Shown: piece by piece, positions 23,946-37,250 of the stretch | Position numbering within the stretch: the first letter of the stretch is position 1 | Layout: the number at the start of each line of letters is the position of its first letter | Source: Rhynchobatus australiae | Taxonomy: Eukaryota | Assembly: GCA_034780895.1 (NCBI GenBank) | Contig: JAUZTB010000066.1 | Location: 16,284,633 to 16,348,632, forward strand | Direction: 5' to 3' | DNA: 64,000 nucleotides | Program-made: the position numbers and the translations under genes | Notes under the pieces: generated by a model | Seen by the model: the letters and a program-made list of their open reading frames with translations, nothing else | What the model was told of the DNA's origin: nothing | Databases searched by the model: none

Positions 23946-26900
23946 TTGTTCCCTTGACCGGCAGCATTATTGATTGTTCTGTTTCTGGGAAATAAATCGG
24001 TTCAGGGTCAGGAATAAACAAAATCAAGAGGTAGGAGAGGAAAGTAAAGAAGGTCAGAGAGGATAAGGAGAGTGGGACAATAGGTGTGATGGAGAGAATT
24101 NNNNNNNNNNTTGTAGTTAATCCCATGCTGGAGGTGTGAGAAACCATGGGATCTCTTCAGTATTGTCCACTCAATAATTAAAAATGGTAAAACCTAGCCT
24201 AAAAAAGCTTTATGGCAATTCTATTGTGCATAAATGCAGGAGTTTGATGAAAATAGAATGAATTTATTTTCAAATTGCAATTGGGAAGAGAGATGATAGC
24301 TGTGTCTAAAAATAAGTGAAGTGTGTGTTTATGTGTGTGCACTTAAATAACTTTTTAAATTTAGTTGCACAAATGCAGCTCAGAGTTTGAGAAGGAGGGA
24401 GAAATTCAATGAGAAACAGAAAAGGATATATTGGAAACACAACAGAATTGGAGAGCAGCAAAAATGCAGAGTGTAGGAGAGATGTAATGTACAGGGATCA
24501 GAGAAGGGAATACAAATGTGAGTAAGAAAAAAAGTAAGAAAACATCACAAAAAGTATAGAAAGAATGAAGTGGGTGGAGGGAATAGGATATAGAGGAACA
24601 AGAGAAATGGACACTTAAAGAATGCAGAAGCTATGAAAATCAAACTGTGACAGAGAAAAGAAATAATCAAAAATATGTTGCAGGATTTGCAAGGCAAGGG
24701 TTTTACAGACTGTAAGAGAAAAAAATATTATACACAGAATAACCAAGAGAGAAATTTTAAGTGATTGGAAAAGAGAAAAAGCAACTATAAAAATACAGAA
24801 GTAGCAAACAGAATGCAGATATCAGAAAGAAAATGTGCATTTTTTTTTGATTACCAAATATTCTTCTGTTGATAATGGAGTGAGTGGAGATAGTTGGCGG
24901 TACATGAGGAACAGGGACATAAATTTGTTTTCAGGATGGGGATGGGAAATCTGCAGGAGCAGAACACCCATTGAAAGGCAGAAATGGGGAGAGAAACCTT
25001 TTCTTAACCAAACGAGAAAACATGACTGGATCTGCTAAGTGAGAAATAAGTAATTTTATTCTACGTATTATAAAGCAACATATCATTTGATTTATTCCAG
25101 ACAATATTGTGGAAGATCCAAAACATTCTTGGATTTATATAGTGTACTATCAGCTCTTTCTGGAGGATCACAACAATTCATGTCCAATNNNNNNNNNNNN
25201 NNNNNNNNNNNNNNNNNNNNNNNNNNNNNNNNNNNNNNNNNNNNNNNNNNNNNNNNNNNNNNNNACATCTATCTGCATTCCCCATTCGTGAATTCAAACT
25301 TAAAAAAGCCAGTTTTTGCTTACACCTTCTCTATGTTACAAAAGTGTTTCTTAATGTTCCTGTGAAATGCCTTGCCATATTTTGGTACATACAAGGCATT
25401 ATATAAGATTTTTATTTTATGCACATGAAAAGATTCGGTATTCAACAGAGTTAAAATTTTAAGAGCAAACAGAATTCTTGTCTGTTCAATTTAAACCAGT
25501 TAAAATGGCATTTATATTTTTGAGGGAAAATTTTAAAGTGGAATAATACAGTTAGGAAATAATGATTGAAGTTGCACACCATCTTTATTGTTTATTGAAA
25601 CCTTTTTCTTTTTCAGTAGTTACAGTAATCAAACTCCATATTGATCAGTATAACACATTCATATTAACCCAGTGGATTCTGTTGGATCTGGGAATGGGGG
25701 ATGAATGAAAATTTGTTACAGCCTCTACAGTTGACCCATAAACTAAAAGCTGCAGCTAGTTTACTTATTTACATAGCTGATATGTATGACCAGTTGGTAT
25801 TTATAGGGATAGCATGGGATTCCATCTTTGAAGCAATGATATCATGCACACTATTTTCAAATTGCAGGGTATAACGCTAGAGTGCACTTAGGTAGTTGGA
25901 ATTTAAAGCACATATTCAGCAATAAAGATAATGCTGAAACACTTTGTACATTTCACACAAGATATTTTCTATTTTTATGTTTTTTCTTAATTCTGTTCCA
26001 GGTTACCCTCTCTTTTATGCCATTTAGTGTTCCAGCTGGGACAGGAAGAACAGGCAACCTGCTCTGAGGCCCTTGCTAAAAGCTCCTCAGTAAATGGAGA
26101 TGCAAGGCACAGTCTGGGATGACTCATCCCTTGATTTTTCTTTCTCATTGGGAAACCTCTCTCTCCGATTTGGCACCTCTCCCTGATTTCCTGGTGTGGA
26201 GAATCATGGGCATAAAACCTACACCTTACTGTTCCTTGGCATAATGTTCTGGCATTTAACTAGACTAGAATATACACTACTACATGTTAAGACTGAAGGA
26301 CGAGAATTATCATTGATCAAACACATAACATGGAGTTCAATATAGAATATGTTTCAAATTTAACCTTTCCCAAATTATCAGATTCTATTCACTGGATCCT
26401 ATTTGGTTTTATCATTAATTCCACATAATATGACAGAACATTCAGTGAAGCAGTGGCTATATATTGAATAATATGCAAATTATACTGTGTACTTTTATAC
26501 ATAATATATAAATATATTTTCTGAGTGTAAAACTTCAGACAGTCTTTGCAATTACTGATAAATAGTGTAGATTTTGGTGATTACTATTGGTTAATCTGAC
26601 AGTTATAAATATTTTTTTATAAAATATTTATTTTCTTGAATAAAATACGCTAACTAAGACACCAGTTCTGTTTGTGGATGTCTACATTTCACTCCTTCTG
26701 TCCACCCCTTTATGATTCTCCAGTGGAACTTCTATTAATGTCTATCTTACAATATGATAGCCATTTTTAACTGTCTTCGTCAATATAACATTTATTTCAG
26801 ACACACAGTCTTATCTTCTTCCATCTTTAATGTGTTGTCCAATACCTTGAATAAAAGTGACAGATCAGCTGTCCTTTGCAACTCTATGTTTCGGTGTGGC

Positions 26901-27169
26901 CACAAGAGTCACAAAAGCTTCAAAAACTCCAGGTCATGTTCCTGGTTTGTGGTGTAATCGCTGACCTTAGCCAAGACCAGAGTGAAAAAAAGAGATGTTT
27001 TTACTCCATAGTACACAGAAGTTGCTTGTTCTGCAATGGCCAGTACTGAAGAAAATCAACACAGTACTAAAAAAAAGTTTTGCCCCTAGTGAATCCAAAT
27101 CCTTTATTTAATATGCTGTACAGACCATTATCTCAACTGAACCTGAAAGATCTTATGGTATTATTTTGA

Positions 27170-27410
27170 AGAAGTGTGGAGTTTGTACGTTCTCCCTATG
27201 ACTGCATGAGTTACCCTTGGGTGCTCCAATTTCCTCCCACATCCCAAAGGACATGCGGGTCGGTGGTTAATTGGTTGCTGTAAATTGTCCCCTAGTGTAT
27301 GCATGAGGGGTTGAATGTAGGGGAAGTTGAAGAGAATGTGGGGAGAAGAAAATGGAAGTGTAAATGGATGGCATGAACTCAGTGGGCCGAATCTGTGCTG
27401 CATGGTTCTA
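27170..27410 (+). mobile_element. V-SINE (HE1-like elasmobranch SINE) fragment
   Basis: gtgtggagtttgtacgttctccctatgactgcatg...gggtgctccaatttcctcccacatcccaaag resembles the V-SINE central domain, followed by a CR1-like tail (gggccgaatctgtgctg). Confidence 0.7.
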
Positions 27411-27479
27411 CAAGAGCTGAGTCTTGACCAGTATTCACCCTTTAACCAAACAGGTCTATAACAGATTATTTGACCACTT

Positions 27480-27632
27480 TCACATTGCTGCTTGTTGGAG
27501 CATACATTTAGCAAAATGATGACAGTATTCCCCCTATATTACAATGATCACGTTTCAAAATATGTGATTGGCTGCAAAGCACTTTGGGATGTCCTGGAAG
27601 GGACGTGAAAGGCGTAAAGTGAATGTAACTTC
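27480..27632 (+). mobile_element. Deu-SINE-like 3' fragment
   Basis: gattggctgcaaagcactttgggatgtcctg...gtgaaaggcg, the reverse-orientation counterpart of the copy at ~45840. Confidence 0.5.
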
Positions 27633-30600
27633 TCTTTTTTTTATCAGTTATTCATTTACAGTTATAGCAAACGTAAGTACCTTCTTTTTTTGAGTACAGC
27701 CACTTTTTTTGCTGATCAATATTTTTTACAGGAAAGCCACAGCTTTTGGTGTGCACCACTACACTGCACNNNNNNNNNNNNNNNNNNNNNNNNNNNNNNN
27801 NNNNNNNNNNNNNNNNNNNNNNNNNNNNNNNNNNNNNNNNNNNNNNNNNNNNNNNNNNNNNNNNNNNNNCTACACTGCACTTGACCATTTTCCTCATTTA
27901 AATTTCTGCCTGCTGTTCTTAATACCCGGTGTCAGAAAACCTGGCAGCAGGATATGAAAGAAAAATGGATATGCATTTCTATTATGAATAGCTGTATTCA
28001 ATATGAAACTATTCATTATGTGGTTTGTTTGTGTGTGATTAAGTTTCAGTAAATAGGTTAAGTTGGATAGTTTATACTCTCAAAAAGCAAGATAATTATC
28101 ATATGCTGTCCATTAAGTCTACAAATGATTATTGCCATCTCTGGAATGGTGGAAATCAAATGGTGCCATGAATGTTTAGATTACCTCAAAAAAGTGATGT
28201 TTAATGGCAAGTCCTACATATTTTCATATCTACTAATGAGTTACCATCATCATCTCTGAGACATGCTTCCTTCAATTATAAGTTTGTATGAACATTTTCA
28301 TTTATTTCTGTTTAATCATAGGCCCTGCACCCATGAACATTTTTATTTGTTTGTACTAATTTGGCATGCTATTTTTCAAATTTTACTTTGTCTGCCCTGT
28401 TATCAGCTGAACTAAGTTTGCTGAGAGATTTTGTTGTCGGAACACTCTCAACCAGAAAAGACATGAGTTGCTTAAGCAATGCTGAGCACAGTTTGCCCTC
28501 TGAGATTCCTGACGTGACCTGCATGCATAATGTTTGCACATTATTCAAAGGTTATTCGCATATTTTGTGTGCAGTTTGGGTGAAGTTCTGGATATTAACT
28601 GCATAGCATAGGGAGATACTTTAGCAAGCAAGAAATGATCTAATAGCAAAGTGGGTTGATTATTATCTTGTTGCTGAGAATTGAAGAGTAAATTGGCATG
28701 TCAGGAGTCATGCTGTAAAACTTTTACATTAGTATTGAACTATATTGACACATTACTAAGACAGGATGTAGTTTAGAGCTAAGTGAATATAAATAATGTC
28801 CACAGTTAAGTAGGATATCTGTTGAGTGAATTTAATCTCGATCCTTGACATATTTAAATTTATGGGTGCACTTTTGGCTAAAACTAAGTATGGATCATAC
28901 CACTGTTATTGATTCAAAATTCTTATGTGAGCAATATCTCATATTTTGGCTGAATTTTACATATCAGCTAAAATATCCTCCCTGATTTCTGGGCCAATAA
29001 CAGGGATGCTGGAGTTGAATTTGTTAACAGATCAAGTAAAAAGAGCTTATGTTAAATTCTTAGCCATGTGTTTCCCATTGAATGCTAGCAGTGCTTGTCC
29101 AGTGTTGAAAACAGAGGAACTAAAGGAATAGGAAGTTTTGGAGATTGAACAACAACAAAACAAAAGAGCATGTGGCAAATTGGGGTAGCCGAGACAAAGG
29201 GTGGAATGGAAAGCAGGAATTGTGTTACTTGGGTGGAAGTCACAAATACACCAATGTTAAGTATCAGATTAACGTCTAACTCATCATCTACTTACATGTG
29301 ACATCTTTCTTCGTATAAGAGGACAGAACTAAAAAATAGTATGATGTAATTCCGTACCTTAGCATTTAAATGTGTACTCTTGTATCAACATAACATCTTT
29401 TGAAATGGGTTAATCCTGCTGATAATTAGTCTACTAATATTATGGTATGACTGCATTTTAATTGCCCACAGGACAAATCCCAAAAGTATGGCTCAGCATC
29501 AGATACATTTACACGTTGTGACGTATCAAGATAGCTTTCAAAACTAACACAAGAATTGACTTCTGCTGGTGTCATTAGCCTTGTCCAGCTACTGCAAGAG
29601 TAAACTTTTCATCAATACTGCATTAGTTAGTCCGTACTGGAAGTGTTCCCTACCTTACCAGCACTTTATATGTTCAGCTTTGATCTTGAATGACAATTGT
29701 CCANNNNNNNAAAGTGTGCAAGTGAAGATATGCCTCAAATAAGGAATTTGGTGAAAGATAACACCCAAATACTAAATAAATGATACTGAGATGCAGTTAA
29801 TGAAAAGCCATCTAGCATATAAATTACATTTAAGCTAAACATCTCATCATTATTGATGTCTTTCATCCCCCGATATGTAACAGTAGCAATATGATTGTAC
29901 AATATTTTGGAAAAGGAATGATGACAAAATGATCGTTACTCATCTTCCACTGTGTGTTCCATTATAGCACAGACTTACTTACATGTACCACCAGATGTTA
30001 ATATTGAGTGCAAAGAAATGTATGTAAGATATCACAAATATGTATAATTTTCAAGACAATTGTTACATGCAGCACAACTAAGCTACATTTCCTTTATAGC
30101 ATGCCAATATTCCATTATTGGCACACTACATTTTAACACTGAGTAAGTTTCAGAATATTCCATTTTGGGATATCCTGAGGTCCTAAGTCACTTTATAATG
30201 TCTCCTTTGATGCATGATATATGATTTGCTTTACAGAGGCAATAAAACTGTTAGACTTAACAAGTGTGTCAGCATTATTAGAGTAGGTGTGTTTCCATAA
30301 ATCTTTTGCATCCATTCTGGTGCATTTAAACTATCGTCAATTGCATTGAGTAAGATGTAACGAGAGAATCAAACTTTAAAAAAATCAAATAAATGCACTA
30401 TTCACCCACATTTAACATGCAAAATGAAATTCTTAGCTGGATGGTATAAATAGTTGGGCAGCATGCATGATTCCTGAATGTGAACATAAGATAAGATTTC
30501 ATTGTGCTATTTTTATGTAAAGCAGTACATTGCTTTATAAATCGGTCAAAAATGTGATGTTTGCAGATAAGAGATTCAACCACTTGCTATGTCCACCTAT

Positions 30601-30859
30601 TTATTTACTTATACTCAATATTTACTCACTTATTTACATAATACAATGCTATCCTAATCTTGCTGCTGTACAGTGTGGTAGAATAAATTGTACTGTCATT
30701 TGCTCTCATCTTCAAGAAAGGAGACAAGTTTGACTGCAGTAATTACAAAGAAGTCTTCCTGCTGTCTGCTATAAGGAAAATCACCGTAAACCTCCTTCTC
30801 AGTTTCCTCCTGCCAGTGACTGAGGCACTCCTCCCAGGGTCGCAATGAGAATTATGTCA

Positions 30860-31115
30860 ATCAAGAGGTGTAACATAAATGATTTCCACTGTAGAGAAAA
30901 TCCAGAAGATTTGCACAGAGCAGTGCCAGACCACGCAAAAGCCGTCAACTCCAACAATTGAGAGGGATTATNNNNNNNNNNCGTTCTATGTATGCTATGC
31001 GATGACATGCAAGCTGTAACCTTAACCAGTAGGTTCTTAGACCCAATCCCAGCACAAACTGGGATCAAGCAAGGTGGTGTCATTACACCAATCCTCTTCT
31101 TGATCATTCCTGTTG
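30860..31115 (+). mobile_element. RTE-clade LINE reverse transcriptase relic
   Basis: Degenerate motifs QKICTEQ (QEKCREQ), DHAKAVNSNN*EGL (DLTKAFDSVNREGLW) and TGIKQGGVITPILF (GVKQGCVLAPTLF). Confidence 0.7.
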
Positions 31116-31661
31116 TTATCTGCACACTGTGATTTATAATCTCAGCATTATTACAAGTTTATCTTGCATTATATTCAGCTTGAATTAACTGTATCTCTTG
31201 TTGAAGAAAAGATCTTATTAGCAATTCTGTGACTGATATATACATGCAAGTGACATAACATGATCAGATACAGTGAAAACTAATATTTGCTTTATGTTCT
31301 ATTTATCTATCTGATTAAAATTTACTTGCTATGATTTAACTTAATTGTACCTACTTTTACCAGTGTTATTTTCACTTTTGTTGCAAAGGCTAACTTAAAA
31401 TATCATAAATTGGTGCAAAAATTGTAAAGGTTTTGACTTGATGGATTTTTTTGTTCACAGTATCAACTAAATTAAAATACAAGTTAAATAAATTTATTAT
31501 ATACCATGTGCATTTCTTATATATCCCAAAACTTTAATCTTGGGATGTAGACCATAGACATNNNNNNNNNNNNNNNNNNNNNNNNNNNNNNNNNNNNNNN
31601 NNNNNNNNNNNNNNNNNNNNNNNNNNNNNNNNNNNNNNNNNNNNNNNNNNNNNNNNNNNNN

Positions 31662-31805
31662 AAAAGGGGAGTTGATGGGGACGTGAGAGAATAAATTGCA
31701 GGGCGATAGGTAGGCAAGGAGAGGGAACACGGGACTGATGGGAGTCCTCAGCTCCGAGCTGACGTGGACTTTGTAGGCTGAGTGGCCTCCTCCTTTGCTG
31801 TAGGT
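31662..31805 (+). mobile_element. SINE/CR1-type 3' tail fragment
   Basis: ggggagttgatggggacgtgagagaa...ggctgagtggcctcctcct, similar to the tail of the SINE at 27320-27400. Confidence 0.45.
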
Positions 31806-33048
31806 AAGGAAATGCACTGACCATTCCCTTATTAATCCTCTTTTTGACATACTTTACCCTCTAAAATTAAGAACGACAGAACCATTTGCACCACAATCTG
31901 TTTAAAAATAGCATACCAATGGTTCTTACAATTGGTGCACCAACTCACTGAACAGTGAATTCTTGCATATTCAATCCTCAAGACTCTTCCTCTAATTTAA
32001 CCAAGTGATACAACACAACGAGCACAGGGAGTCCTGAACTCAATGACCCAAGGGTAGTGTGGAGCAATAACTTCACGTCATACCTGGATGGTTGCTTGAA
32101 GTGCGGTAACCTACAAGGTTATGGACTGAGAACTAGGATAAAAAAAAATAACCTAAGTAACTTTTTGTTGTAGCTATTGTCTCACTAGAGCACAGGCAAA
32201 GGGCACCCAATGCCCAACCGCTGCAATGCAAGATGTGACTGCTGCCATCATGGCTCTGAGCATTTTCACCCAAAGTGACTTTGAGGGCTCGAGATCTGCC
32301 AGAAATCTGTCCCCAGCAGAGTGTTAGCATTGTTGGTGCTCTGTATCAGAGCAGGATAACAGCATTTGTGTTCCTTCACCACCTACGCTTTTGTTTTTCC
32401 TTGCTAGCCACATCAGCTCAGGTTGTTGTCAGTCACATGGAGAGGGCGCAAAAGGTGGACCTGATGGAGTTTTCTTGAACTAATGCAATCTTTGTTGTGA
32501 AGATATTCCCACAGAGCCGATATGCAGGATATTCCAGGATTTTGAACAACATTAACAAAGGAACAGTAATACATTTCCAAGACATTTCCAAGGTGGGGAA
32601 GATGAATTATTCAAGTGGTTGCCTTCTCAAGCACCTGTTGTCCTTGTCTATGGCTGGTAGAGGTGACGAGTTCAGGGTGTGCTGCTGAGAAGGTCTCGGC
32701 AAAGTCTAGCATTATATTTTCTAGGTTGTATACACCGCAGCCACATTGAGTGGTGTTCGAGAGAGTGATTATCCAGGGTAATGAATTGTATAGCAATTAA
32801 TTATTTGTTGTGTACAGTGTTGAACCTTTTGAGTCAGCCTGAAGTGGTGCTAGTCACTCACAGAATTAGGCTCTTCAGATATGCACCAGGCAATGAACAG
32901 TCTGGTTAGTGCTGGCTAATAGTTGGAAAAAAAACTCTCACGCTTGTAAAAACACATCAATGTCACAATTGTATCTTATTTCAACTCAAATGATTATGAG
33001 TATATTTTACTTTTTAAAACAAGTAAGTAGTACACATTGTCAGCTTAC

Positions 33049-33192
33049 CTCTGCATCATAAGGGTCCTGCAAAACAGCTGATTCTAACAATAAAACAGCA
33101 TTGGGCAGATCTCCCTCCTTCAGCTTTTTTATTGCTTCCTCAAATGCATTGGGCCAGTCTTTGTAGGGATTGTCAGTGTGAAAATAATAGCC
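33049..33192 (-). CDS. PEX5L: PEX5L/TRIP8b-like internal exon (start of the TPR region)
   Basis: ctgcag| acceptor, GYYFHTDNPYKDWPNAFEEAIKKLKEGDLPNAVLLLESAVLQDPYDAE, GAG|gtaagc donor. 144 bp, phase 0. Not in the ORF track because it lacks a start codon. Confidence 0.9.
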
Positions 33193-33722
33193 CTGCAGCA
33201 AAAAATTAATAAAATGTTATTAAAAATTATAAGAATTGTTAATATCTAGCTTTTTAGAACCAAGCTGTTAAGTGGTTAGCTGCTTGATACACATCTTAAT
33301 GTGTATAAATTCATCCAATATTTACTCTGTATTTGTTATTGGGTCACAACAATTCAATCATGAATTATTAAACTCAACGTCATTCAATTGAAATCTGTTG
33401 AACTCCTTCCACCCCTCGTCCCTTATTCATCTGCTGTTTTAACTGTTCACTAATGCATTTACATGCATTAACTCCTCGTCTCTTCCATCTTTGTCTGTTA
33501 TGAGGCAGAAGCTCACAGACCATAATATCCAAATCATGAAGTATCAAAAGCTTAAGATGTTGCACTCTGTACTGCTGTATTTTTCTAATTTGTCTTTACG
33601 CAAGAATTGTCATAATTTGAGGTAGAATTTGAACACTACTAATTAAGTAAAGAAAATATTGCTGCCAGCAACTATTTGATTACTCAACAGAATATTACTT
33701 TTAATATTACTTTTGAGATTAC

Positions 33723-33839
33723 CTTCTCATGTGGGGAGATAGCTGTATTTGTTGGTGGCTGTTCACTTCCCGCAATCCAATTCCTACGTGCCATTTCCTC
33801 CCATTCATCTTGCATTTTATCCCAGAACTCTGTGTCAGA
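33723..33839 (-). CDS. PEX5L: PEX5L/TRIP8b-like internal exon (conserved core region)
   Basis: cccag| acceptor, SDTEFWDKMQDEWEEMARRNWIAGSEQPPTNTAISPHEK, AAG|gtaatc donor. 117 bp, phase 0. Matches PEX5L SDTEFWDKMQAEWEEMARRNWI...EK. Confidence 0.9.
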
Positions 33840-35389
33840 CTGGGAAAGGGAAAAAAAAGTATGAAGGTTCAAGTGCTTTAATCACAAACTAAGATTCAAC
33901 AATTCAAAAGCACTGAGAACTCTTGGCAGCAATTCATAAACATCAGATTTCTAATTAAGCTGGTGTGTCACAGTACACTGAGGTACTTGCCAGATAAAAT
34001 TGAGTTTAATTGAGAATACTTATAAAAAGGAAATGGAAAGGATCCACCTTCTGTAGCTTACATAAAATACCAGCATCATTCCAGAATTAGTTTCAAAGAT
34101 TTTCTTTGAATAACTATGCAACCTGAAGGACACCAATATCTATAGTGGAAAATGTATGGTAGCACAAAAAGATGTTGAATATTTGATCTGCAGCTAATAA
34201 TTCACTTCCGTCCAGTAAACATTAAGTATTTAAGTCTCCTTTTCTACAACCCTAAGCAGCATTATAGATGTACAGCAACTGATTAACTATTTAGGAATAC
34301 TATTTCAATTATGGCCATTGATGGCTATTTATTAGCTTATTTGTTGCAGGTACTTTTCCATGGTTTTATATACAGGGCTGTGAGGGTGTGAGCTAGGCAA
34401 TTAGTTTGTGATCAGTGCAGAAATTGTTTCTTGGAATTGCAGCTAGAATATCCAGTTACACAGTAATAGATTTTATTTCTGCCATAGTTCCAGAAATGAA
34501 TGACTTCTGTAAAAATGCGTGCACTGACAGCAATTTGCATTAATTAAAGGGCTTCAACTGCTTCTTCCCTCTACAAACATAAACAATAAGTCAAACTGCA
34601 TGTGAATACAGTAAGCAACACTGTGTTTATTTTAGGTTCAACAGTATCTCATTTACACGTGTTAATTAGAGCTAATTGGGACTAATTAAATGAACAGGAA
34701 CCCCTCTGGGGATGTTCATACCTATAATTTTGGTAAATAGTCTTAATTAACATATGCAAGTTAGGGCTAATTAGCATTGATTAAGGGATTTTAGCTAAAT
34801 TTTAAAGCGCTGCTCTTCAAATACTTTAAGCAGTACAGAATGTGGAATGAACATTAAGCATTAAACAGATAAAATGCTTTTGTTCCATTTAACATCAAGC
34901 TTATTTACACTGTTTTAATTAAGATATTACTTAATATCACTTGTTTGTGTGCCAATGATTATAAAGTCTTAACTTGGAGAAATGAAATGTATCCCTTTTA
35001 TTGCAGATAATAATTTTAAATCTGGTTTGAAAATTACATAATACGTTAGCCTGAAGACCAACTTTTAACTTCAAATCTTGTTTAGTGAAAATGTCAGAAC
35101 TATTTTTTTCCGTTCAGTAGTTTTTTCATGTGCAATTGCTTGCCAATAAAGAAAAAGCCCACCAGATTAATAATGTAGCCCAAAATTATTTCATGGAGTA
35201 AGTTACTTCGTCAAATGTAGGAATGGGGTCATTACATCTGGGTGAGGATATCAGCCAACAATTCTCCTTTGTCAATAAAACGTTGAGGTTGGGCAATGCT
35301 TTCCTCTGTGTGCGAACCAAGAGACAAATAAACCCAGTAAAAATTTAGTTATTTATTTTCCTGATAATTTTAATTTTATTCACAATTTG

Positions 35390-37250
35390 AGGGCATTGTG
35401 AGAGTAGAGGAAAAGAGACAACAATCTGTATCCATATAACACCTTCAATATATCATGGAAATATCACTAGTCAAAATGAGTCACATGTGGAAATATCAAG
35501 GAGGTTGGTTAAAAAGGTGTTTCTTAAGGAGATGATATGGGGTTATGGGGGAGAGAGATAAGAGTGTTTATCAAAGGAATTCTAGTGTTTTGGGCTCTGG
35601 CAGCTGAAGGCATCGTTGTCAACAATGAAGTGATTAAAGTCACCGTCGATCAGGAAATGGAGGAATGTTGATATCTCAAAGGATTATATGGCTAGAGGAG
35701 ATTACAGAGATAGGGAATGATGCCGTGGAAGGAATTTGCAAACAAGGATAAAAATTGAAAATTGAGTAGTTGTTTAATTGTGAACCAAAGTAGGTCTGCA
35801 GTGCAGGGTGATAGATTAACAAGATTTGGTGTGAGTTGGATTCAGCGGTGAACCTTGTATGATGGCTTTTTATGTGGGATAGAAAGAAGAAAACTCTCTT
35901 TGGATTGGTTAGAAAAGTCAGGTCAAGCAGTAACAAAGTAGGGATAAACAATTCAGCAGCAGATGAATGTGGTGGAGTGGCACCAGGTGACATTAGCGAT
36001 CTGGAAAAAGGCCTTCATTGTGTTGGGACTGTTATGTGGTCCAAAGCTCATCTCAGGATCAAATATGTCATCAAAAGTGTGAAAAGTTTGGTTCAGCCTC
36101 AGATAGTTTCACTCAGACAGTGAAAGTGAGGACTGATGAAAGTGACCTTGACTTTATAATATTTAATTCTTTGAAAATGTTGCCTCATCTAGTACAGGAA
36201 GTCAGACAAGCAGACTGACAATTTAGATTTAGTGGACATGGTGGTGAGGTAGAGCATGTCAGTAGTTAACACATGGGAATGAATGCTGAACATTTGAAAG
36301 ATGATAGGACATAGATGAGAAGCAAGAAGCAGCCAAGAAGTAGATCTTTGGGGAAAGTCAGAAAGAGATTAGGCAAAGAAACTATTACAACTGATTTTTC
36401 TGGGTAGATATAGTTGGATGGATGAGAATGAAGTCAATCAGCTGACAGGGCTGGAAGTGCATGGTGTGAACTGTTGCTGCAGGCAGGTTGAGAAAGACAA
36501 GGAGAGGCTAGCTGACTCTTACTAAAGTCACATGGGATGCCACTTGAAATTTTGGTAAGAGCCATTTCTGTTTAGTGGCATGGGTGAAAAACTGGTTGAA
36601 GAGAATGGAGTTCTGGGAATGATGATCATAGTGTGAGAGGCTTCAGTATTTAAAGTCTAGAGAGAAAGGAAAGCTGTAGATAACAGTGGCTTCTAAGGCA
36701 CAATGGTTAAGAGTTGATATTTTGATGATGGAAGATTTGATGATGGGGGAGCAGTATGTGAGGAGACAGAACCGTTAACATTATTATGGATGTAAGCAAG
36801 AAAGTGAATGAAGGGATATAAGAGATAAATTTGTCAAGCATTTGAGTTTAGGACTAGGGTTGGGCAGGGTTATTCCATTGTGCTGAGGAAAGGAAGGAAG
36901 TGGTTTAGACCACAAATCCTATGGTCTCAATATTTGTAACAAGTAGGTCCGCTTGGGTGAGGTGAGACTTGAGGAAGCAAAGGAGTTGGGTTTAAGGAGA
37001 CAGCAACAGAGCAAACATACTACCTTTGCATTCCAGGCCTATCCTTTTGAGTATTTCCCTTGGAAAAAGAGCTGTAGTGAGATCTATACCAGGGGAATGA
37101 TTAAGGTATTGGTTTTAGTGGGGACCAGGACATCAAAGGTAGCTCTGAGAGTGTGGTTGAGCAGTATAATAGCTGCAGACATGTTGTGGTGGATGGAGGA
37201 CCAGATACTATATAGGTAGGATTTTGAAAGTGCAATTGAAAGTGAACTCA
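35390..37250 (-). mobile_element. Highly decayed L2-type LINE
   Basis: Purine-rich plus strand. gtggtgaggtagagcatgtcagtagttaacacatgggaa (~36241) resembles the reverse complement of the FHMYADDTQLYLT RT motif. Boundaries approximate. Confidence 0.5.

Noticed and set aside
24380-24835. Long A/G-rich tract
   Set aside because: Low-complexity sequence without periodicity or an ORF; nothing specific can be supported.
32219-32306. Possible decayed next PEX5L exon (minus-strand fragments WQ, VTLGEN, MAAV, ALQR followed by gttggg)
   Set aside because: Needs several frameshifts, is longer than the expected exon and lacks a polypyrimidine tract. It cannot be told from chance by eye but is worth a formal alignment.
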